NCBI GenBank assembly: GCA_000965745.1
Contig: CP009479.1
Coordinates: forward strand, 1,728,001-1,792,000
Direction of reading: 5' to 3'
Source: an uncultured archaeon
GTDB taxonomy: Archaea; Thermoplasmatota; Thermoplasmata; Thermoplasmatales; Thermoplasmataceae
DNA: 64,000 bases
In this document: one piece after another, positions 59,446 to 64,000 of the stretch
How the letters are laid out: each line of letters starts with the position of its first letter
How positions within the stretch are numbered: the stretch's first letter is position 1
Made by a program: the position numbers and the translations under genes
The notes under the pieces: model-generated
What the model was told of the DNA's origin: nothing
Seen by the model: only the letters and a program-made list of their open reading frames with translations
Databases searched by the model: none

Positions 59446-60762
59446 ATGTATGATGTAGGAATTCTTGGAGGTGGCTGGGCAGGACTCCTTGCTGCAAGGA
59501 TGTTAAAAGAGCAAAACCCTGAAGCTAAGGTCGCAATCTTCGAAAAAGAGGATCTAAACAACATGGGTGGATTGTTGAGATCAGTAAAGAAGAAAGGTTT
59601 CACCTTTGATACTGGAGGACCTCACATATTGTTCAGCAAGGACCAACAAATTCTCGAGAATATTACATCATTACTTGGAGACAACATAAGAAAAGTAGAA
59701 AGGAAAGCTTTCGTTTTCTATGAAGGAAGATACATTCCGTATCCATTCGAGAACGGTATGTTTCTGCTTGAACCTCAGACAAGATCGGAAATCGGAAATG
59801 GAATCATAGAAAGAATGGTGGATATGGCAAGAACACGCGATTGGGTTCCAGCCGACTTCGAGGAGTGGATCTACGGTTTTTTTGGGCAATCTATGGCAAA
59901 TCGGTATATGATGCCATACAACAGGAAGATATGGAAAAGAGAGCCTAGTTCCATGGATGCCGATTGGGTGTTTTCGCCCGGTAGATTGCCGTTTCCAAAT
60001 TTGAAAGATATTATAGATTCAGTAGCAGGAATACCATCTACGGGGTACAAAGAACAGGCCTATTTCTTTTACCCGGCCGAAGGCGGAATCCAGTCTCTAT
60101 ATGATTCTCTATTGCACATCGTAGAATTATTGGGAGTTGATATTTACCCGTCGACTGAGGTCACAAACATCATTTCTGATCGAGATCAGTGGGGTATTAA
60201 CAATGCTCATAATTGCAGGCTACTTGTCAACACCCTGCCTCCTCAGGTGATTGCTCCAATGATCTTTTCACATGAAGATGATAGAAACTTAACAGAAAAG
60301 TTTGATTACAATAGCGTGGTGGTTGTTGGAATAGCCATAGACAAAGAAGCGCCATATCAACATGCAGTTTATGTTCCAGACCCACATGTCGTATTTCACA
60401 GGTATACTTGGATGAACAATCTGACTACGGATACCCCAGCTGGCAAATCCAATTTAATCGCCGAAGTGACTGTGCCAAAGTGGGAAAAGATAAATAAATC
60501 AACTGTCAGGGAAAAAGTCATTGAAGGACTATTTAAATTGCATATATTAGAGTCACGCGACGAGATCTTGTTCTCGGAAGCATGGGTTAATGAATTTGGG
60601 TACCCAATATACCTAAAAGGTCATGGAAAACTGAGGGATAAATTCCAACTTCAGTTAAAGAATCGAGGAATAACAAGTGTTGGAAGGTGGGGTTCTTGGC
60701 ATTACTGGAATACAGACAAGGTTTACCGGGCGGTTGAAAAGGAAATAAGCAGTATTATTTAG
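59446..60762 (+). CDS. FAD-dependent oxidoreductase, UDP-galactopyranose mutase/protoporphyrinogen-oxidase-like
   Basis: GILGGGWAGL, GGLLRS, FDTGGPH, PYNRKIWK, WV...GRLP, FYP..GG.QSL, GRWGSW.Y.N.D. Confidence 0.75.
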   Translation: MYDVGILGGGWAGLLAARMLKEQNPEAKVAIFEKEDLNNMGGLLRSVKKKGFTFDTGGPHILFSKDQQILENITSLLGDNIRKVERKAFVFYEGRYIPYPFENGMFLLEPQTRSEIGNGIIERMVDMARTRDWVPADFEEWIYGFFGQSMANRYMMPYNRKIWKREPSSMDADWVFSPGRLPFPNLKDIIDSVAGIPSTGYKEQAYFFYPAEGGIQSLYDSLLHIVELLGVDIYPSTEVTNIISDRDQWGINNAHNCRLLVNTLPPQVIAPMIFSHEDDRNLTEKFDYNSVVVVGIAIDKEAPYQHAVYVPDPHVVFHRYTWMNNLTTDTPAGKSNLIAEVTVPKWEKINKSTVREKVIEGLFKLHILESRDEILFSEAWVNEFGYPIYLKGHGKLRDKFQLQLKNRGITSVGRWGSWHYWNTDKVYRAVEKEISSII

Positions 60763-60981
60763 TCTTTAAAACGCCTGACTTCCCACCGTGTTAGACTTGA
60801 TAAGGGAATATTGATCAGTGTACGTGATGATTACCACAATAAATGCTGAAGATTAAGTGACCATCAAGTTGGCTTTTACTATTCATGTCGTATTTTATCC
60901 GCTTTCGAATATAGCAGGGATGAGACTATATGTCTAGAACAAAAATTCATATCACTTTAAGAATATTAACATCAGTAAACA

Positions 60982-61160
60982 TTGGAACCGCAAAATCTTT
61001 TCGAACAACAGCTTGAGCCTCCTGCTAATGTGTCAGTAATCATTCCAGCATACAACGAAGAAGAACGGATCGGGCCAGTTCTAAATGAAATCCTAGATTT
61101 TTGCAAACTAAATTCCTTGAATTTGCAAGTTATAGTATCCATCGACGGTGATGACAGCAC
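60982..61160 (+). pseudogene. 5' fragment of a GT2 (polyprenol-P glycosyltransferase-like) gene interrupted by IS3
   Basis: VSVIIPAYNEEERI...IVSIDGDDST, followed directly by the IS terminus TGATCTGCCCC; the 3' remainder is not found after the IS. Confidence 0.85.
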
Positions 61161-61194
61161 TGATCTGCCCCACCGGAATTTGGAACACTTTTTC

Positions 61195-62070
61195 TCATTT
61201 TTCATCTAGTGCTACCTCCATTTCTTTCGATTCAAATCTTTCCCTGAATGCCTGATCATCCCGGAACTTCCTCCTGAACTCCCTTGGAGGAAGATAATCA
61301 ATGGATGAATGCGGCCTGCATTCATTGTAGTCGGTGAACGCCTTTTCTATTGTCCTGGATACTTCACTGAAATCCCTGAACTCGTTTGGCCAGATGTAAT
61401 CTGTCTTTATGCTGTTGTGGAAGGACTCAATGTTTCCGTTGTCCTCTGGAGTGTGTTTCTGGATATACTCCAGCCTTATCCCAAGGAGTTTCATGGCGTT
61501 CCTGAACTCATGGGATTGATACTGGGGGCCATTGTCAGTTCTCAGTACCAAGTTCTTTGGTACTGTACCATTGAAAGCAAGAAGAACAGCGTTTTCCACC
61601 GATCTTACGGCATCTTTTGCCATGCATGACCTGGAATAATGAAAACCCTGCCATTCCTTCGTGAAACAGTCCTTTATACACATCAGATAGGTCATTCCAG
61701 AATCAGTGGGAATATACGTGATATCAGTTTCCCAGAGTTGATCAGGACCATTTGGACGGAAGAGATTCCTGGACTTTGTTCTCCCTCTGTGTTTTGATGC
61801 AGGAAGGGAGAGATTGTTATCCTTCAGCACCTTCCTGACAGTTTTCTGGTTCACCTTCGTACCTTGGTTCCTCAGTATTGCCCATACTCTCCTGTATCCG
61901 TATGTTGGCCTTTCGGAAGCGATATCCCTGATCTTGCTCTGCACAGATAGATCAAGCCTCTGAATATGTCTCTTCCTGGGTGCGTAATAATATCCGGACA
62001 GTGAGATTCCGGATATTCTTGATGCGTTTCTCAGAGACATCATAGGTTTCAGATCTTCAAGAACCATCAT
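61195..62070 (-). CDS. IS3 transposase OrfB (DDE)
   Basis: YGYRRV, WETDITY, TDNGPQY, TPEDNGNIESFH, YN..RPHSSI.Y..P. Confidence 0.92.
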   Translation of the reverse strand: MMVLEDLKPMMSLRNASRISGISLSGYYYAPRKRHIQRLDLSVQSKIRDIASERPTYGYRRVWAILRNQGTKVNQKTVRKVLKDNNLSLPASKHRGRTKSRNLFRPNGPDQLWETDITYIPTDSGMTYLMCIKDCFTKEWQGFHYSRSCMAKDAVRSVENAVLLAFNGTVPKNLVLRTDNGPQYQSHEFRNAMKLLGIRLEYIQKHTPEDNGNIESFHNSIKTDYIWPNEFRDFSEVSRTIEKAFTDYNECRPHSSIDYLPPREFRRKFRDDQAFRERFESKEMEVALDEK

Positions 62071-62345
62071 CTTGACCTCCCTTGTAGCCTTTTTTTAAAA
62101 GCATCTATCACCAGGCTCTGGTCTCCTATGATCTTCTTGAGGTCATCGATCTCCTCGTCCCTGCTGTCAGAATTCCTTCTCTGAGCCAGTGCAGATTTTC
62201 CTCCCTGGATGAACTGTTCTCTCCACTTGCTAAGTTGCACAGGATATATGCCGTGCCTCCGGCATATCTCCGCCTGTGTCACATTGTCTGAGAAGGATTC
62301 CATGACGATCTGGAACTTCTCCTCAGCCGAATATTTGGACTTCAT
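62067..62345 (-). CDS. IS3 transposase OrfA (HTH)
   Basis: YSAEEK..IV, EICRRHGI....L.KW; GGAGGT SD upstream; A7 run at 62090-62096; ATGA overlap with orfB. Confidence 0.9.
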   Translation of the reverse strand: MKSKYSAEEKFQIVMESFSDNVTQAEICRRHGIYPVQLSKWREQFIQGGKSALAQRRNSDSRDEEIDDLKKIIGDQSLVIDAFKKRLQGRSR

Positions 62346-62414
62346 GAAGAGACCTCCATGTTCCGGAAAACCACTTTTCGCATGCTCTTTATGTATCTGT
62401 TCTTGTCTATAATA

Positions 62415-62669
62415 TTAATCATAGAGTGTTCCAGTCCTATGATGGTTCGGTTCACCATCCACAAATGGATGTAGCCTTGTAATGCCCTCAAATACAACTG
62501 CAGCTTTAAGATAAATATCAGCATAATTTGCATATCCAAAAATATTGTCTTCCGCCTTTTCGAGAATGGAGCCAACTATATTTCTGTCTCTGAAGCCAGG
62601 TTCTATCCTATTTCTTTTAGACAGCTCCTCATGAATTTGAAAAACGGTTTCAGCGTTAAATGGCGTAAA
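62415..62669 (-). pseudogene. Fic/Doc (death-on-curing) toxin remnant
   Basis: Not in the ORF track (no start codon). Reads FTPFNAETVFQIHEELSKRNRIEPGFRDRNIVGSILEKAEDNIFGYANYADIYLKAAVVFEGITRLHPFVDG, then breaks; NRT follows in an adjacent frame. Confidence 0.75.
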
Positions 62670-62675
62670 TTAAGT

Positions 62676-62774
62676 TTAAAGTTTTTCGAGCCTTTCATAA
62701 ACAATTTTACCGATTGGATCTATTTCTGTAAAGAATTCAACATTCTTCCTTACTCTCTCCTTTTCAGTTGCCAT
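62676..62774 (-). CDS. 32-aa ORF upstream of the Doc remnant (possible antitoxin or its remnant)
   Basis: MATEKERVRKNVEFFTEIDPIGKIVYERLEKL*; support is positional only. Confidence 0.35.
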   Translation of the reverse strand: MATEKERVRKNVEFFTEIDPIGKIVYERLEKL

Positions 62775-62893
62775 TTTATCACTAAACTGTTAGTTGAATG
62801 CTATCTATAAATCTTTCTTAGGTTATTATTAGTTTTCAAAAGGGAAAAACGTGCAATTCCAATATGGCCTAAAATATATCAAGGATAGTCTAC

Positions 62894-63163
62894 GTGACCT
62901 CCTCCCCTATCCTTCGAAAGGGGCTTCCTGCTTCCACGGTTACCAGCGGAACCTCCGCAGGCATGAATTCCCTCCGGCCCGGGGGTACTTTGCCCTCCAC
63001 ACTTAGCCATTCGACTTTACGGACACAGGAACGCATGGAGCTACATGTTATCCGACCCTTCTTCCATTCTGTCTGCTGGTGAGCCGCGTGTTATTTCTGG
63101 AAAAAAGAAAAAGATTTCGCTTTCTTCCCCCCCTTTCGGAAGGGGATTTCCCGCTCAATTTTG
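62894..63163 (-). mobile_element. Non-autonomous IS200/IS605 derivative (~270 bp) retaining left end, tnpB-3'/omegaRNA-like segment and right end
   Basis: Minus strand: TTTAA|CAAAATTGAGCGGGAAATCCCCTTCCGAAAGGGGGGGAAG (left-end hairpin) ... GTACCCCCGGGCCGGAGGGAATTCATGCCTGCGGAG ... GAAGCAGGAAGCCCCTTTCGAAGGATAGGGGAGGAGGTCAC (right-end hairpin ending TCAC); no transposase ORF. Confidence 0.75.
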
Positions 63164-63491
63164 TTAAAATTCTGATCCAAGGCTTGAGTTTCATATCCAT
63201 ATGCGAATTAACGTTTGGCTAATAGTCCGATATTGAGCTATTAGTTATTGTTTCTCTTTAAAGAGCTTTCATATTCCTCCAATCATACAATACTTGATCG
63301 GACATCTTAACGAGAATATGAAGTGGTGAGACTTAAAAGAGGTCGCTCAAAATTTGAAAAGGGGAAAGTAGAAGATTCAGGGGAAGGCGAATAATCTAAG
63401 GGATAGGATAACTTTGTCAATATAAATAGAATTGCACACTATTGGGATAACTTATATAGCAGGCTTAAAATCATCATATGTCTGATCCACT

Positions 63492-64000
63492 ATGATGATA
63501 AATGATATAGTTAACAGGGCAAAGATGATACTACTTGATATAGAGGGTACGACCACACCCATGGATTTCGTTCACAAGACTCTTTTCAACTATTCAAAAG
63601 AACACATGGACGAATTTATACAGAATAATTCCGATGCAAAAGAGGTGGCAGAGTCAATCAGGCAACTCATGGAACAATATGCCGAGGATGCAAGGAAACA
63701 CCTCGAATTGCCATCATGGTCTGATGTTCACGGACCGGGATACCTCAAATCTGCATCCACATATTCAAAGTGGCTTGTGGATCGGGATAGTAAACTAAGT
63801 TCTCTCAAGCACATTCAGGGCCTCATTTGGGAACGTGGGTTCTCCTCGGGTGGACTGAAAGGAAAAGTGTACGATGATGTCCCAGCGGCCTTGGAACGAT
63901 GGAGGAAATTCGGAAAGGACATATGCATTTACTCTTCCGGGAGTGAAATATCCCAGAAGCTCATATTCACCACAACCCCCCTAGGTGACTTGTCCAGATA
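63492..64000 (+). CDS. mtnC: Enolase-phosphatase E1 / acireductone synthase (partial, runs off window)
   Basis: Not in the ORF track. MMINDIVNRAKMILLDIEGTTTPMDFVHKTLFNY...DRDSKLSSLKHIQGLIWERGF..G.LKGKVYDDV...W......IYSSGSEISQKLIF. Confidence 0.9.
   Translation, partial: MMINDIVNRAKMILLDIEGTTTPMDFVHKTLFNYSKEHMDEFIQNNSDAKEVAESIRQLMEQYAEDARKHLELPSWSDVHGPGYLKSASTYSKWLVDRDSKLSSLKHIQGLIWERGFSSGGLKGKVYDDVPAALERWRKFGKDICIYSSGSEISQKLIFTTTPLGDLSR

Larger units (their letters stand above)
61161..62372 (-). mobile_element. IS3-family insertion sequence with truncated left IR
   Basis: Right end TGATCTGCCCCACCGGAATTTGGAACA; orfA/orfB; the left end retains only TGTTCCGGAAAACC (62359-62372). Confidence 0.85.

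Noticed and set aside
62342-62575. 77-aa ORF from the track
   Set aside because: It is an alternative frame over the Doc remnant and IS end, not a credible independent gene.
62894-63082. 62-aa plus-strand ORF
   Set aside because: It is antisense to the IS200/IS605 right-end/omegaRNA-like sequence and has no protein motifs.
1-64000. CRISPR arrays, tRNA/rRNA genes and the many short antisense ORFs in the track
   Set aside because: No regularly spaced repeats or cloverleaf/rRNA-like sequence were seen by eye. The short ORFs lie opposite or within well-supported genes and lack motifs.

Overview
The window is most likely archaeal (Thermoplasmatales-like). This is inferred from PKD-domain family-5 solute-binding proteins, archaeal-type GT2 paralogues, TATA-like boxes just upstream of starts and T-tract terminators; no taxonomic marker gene is present. 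It has three blocks. (1) 1-13.1 kb holds a nearly complete bacterial-type peptidoglycan (muropeptide) salvage cluster: a probable nagA 3' end, a BadF-type GlcNAc/MurNAc kinase, an AmiE/YfeW-like serine hydrolase, a SIS glucosamine-6-P deaminase, anmK, murQ, a signal-less DacB, an Ntn hydrolase, DppA D-aminopeptidase, a YkfC-like NlpC/P60, lysA and a peptide-binding protein. If the host is a murein-less archaeon, this is a system for feeding on bacterial cell walls, and it is the top finding. (2) 13.2-29.4 kb is a run of amide-bond hydrolases, 5-oxoprolinase/hydantoinase A+B, a P-type ATPase and a second SBP paralogue. (3) 29.6-61 kb is a large surface-glycan locus with many GT2/GT4 genes, a flippase, DUF2079, gmhA/hddA, rmlA/C/D without a canonical rmlB, a CysD-like/sulfatase-fold pair, FkbM, an acetyltransferase and a UGM-like flavoprotein. 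It ends in a mobile-element hotspot: an IS481 with a 13-bp TSD, a truncated IS3 inside a GT gene, a Doc toxin remnant and a ~270-bp non-autonomous IS200/IS605 element. The 5' part of mtnC follows at the window edge. No tRNA, rRNA or CRISPR array was seen.
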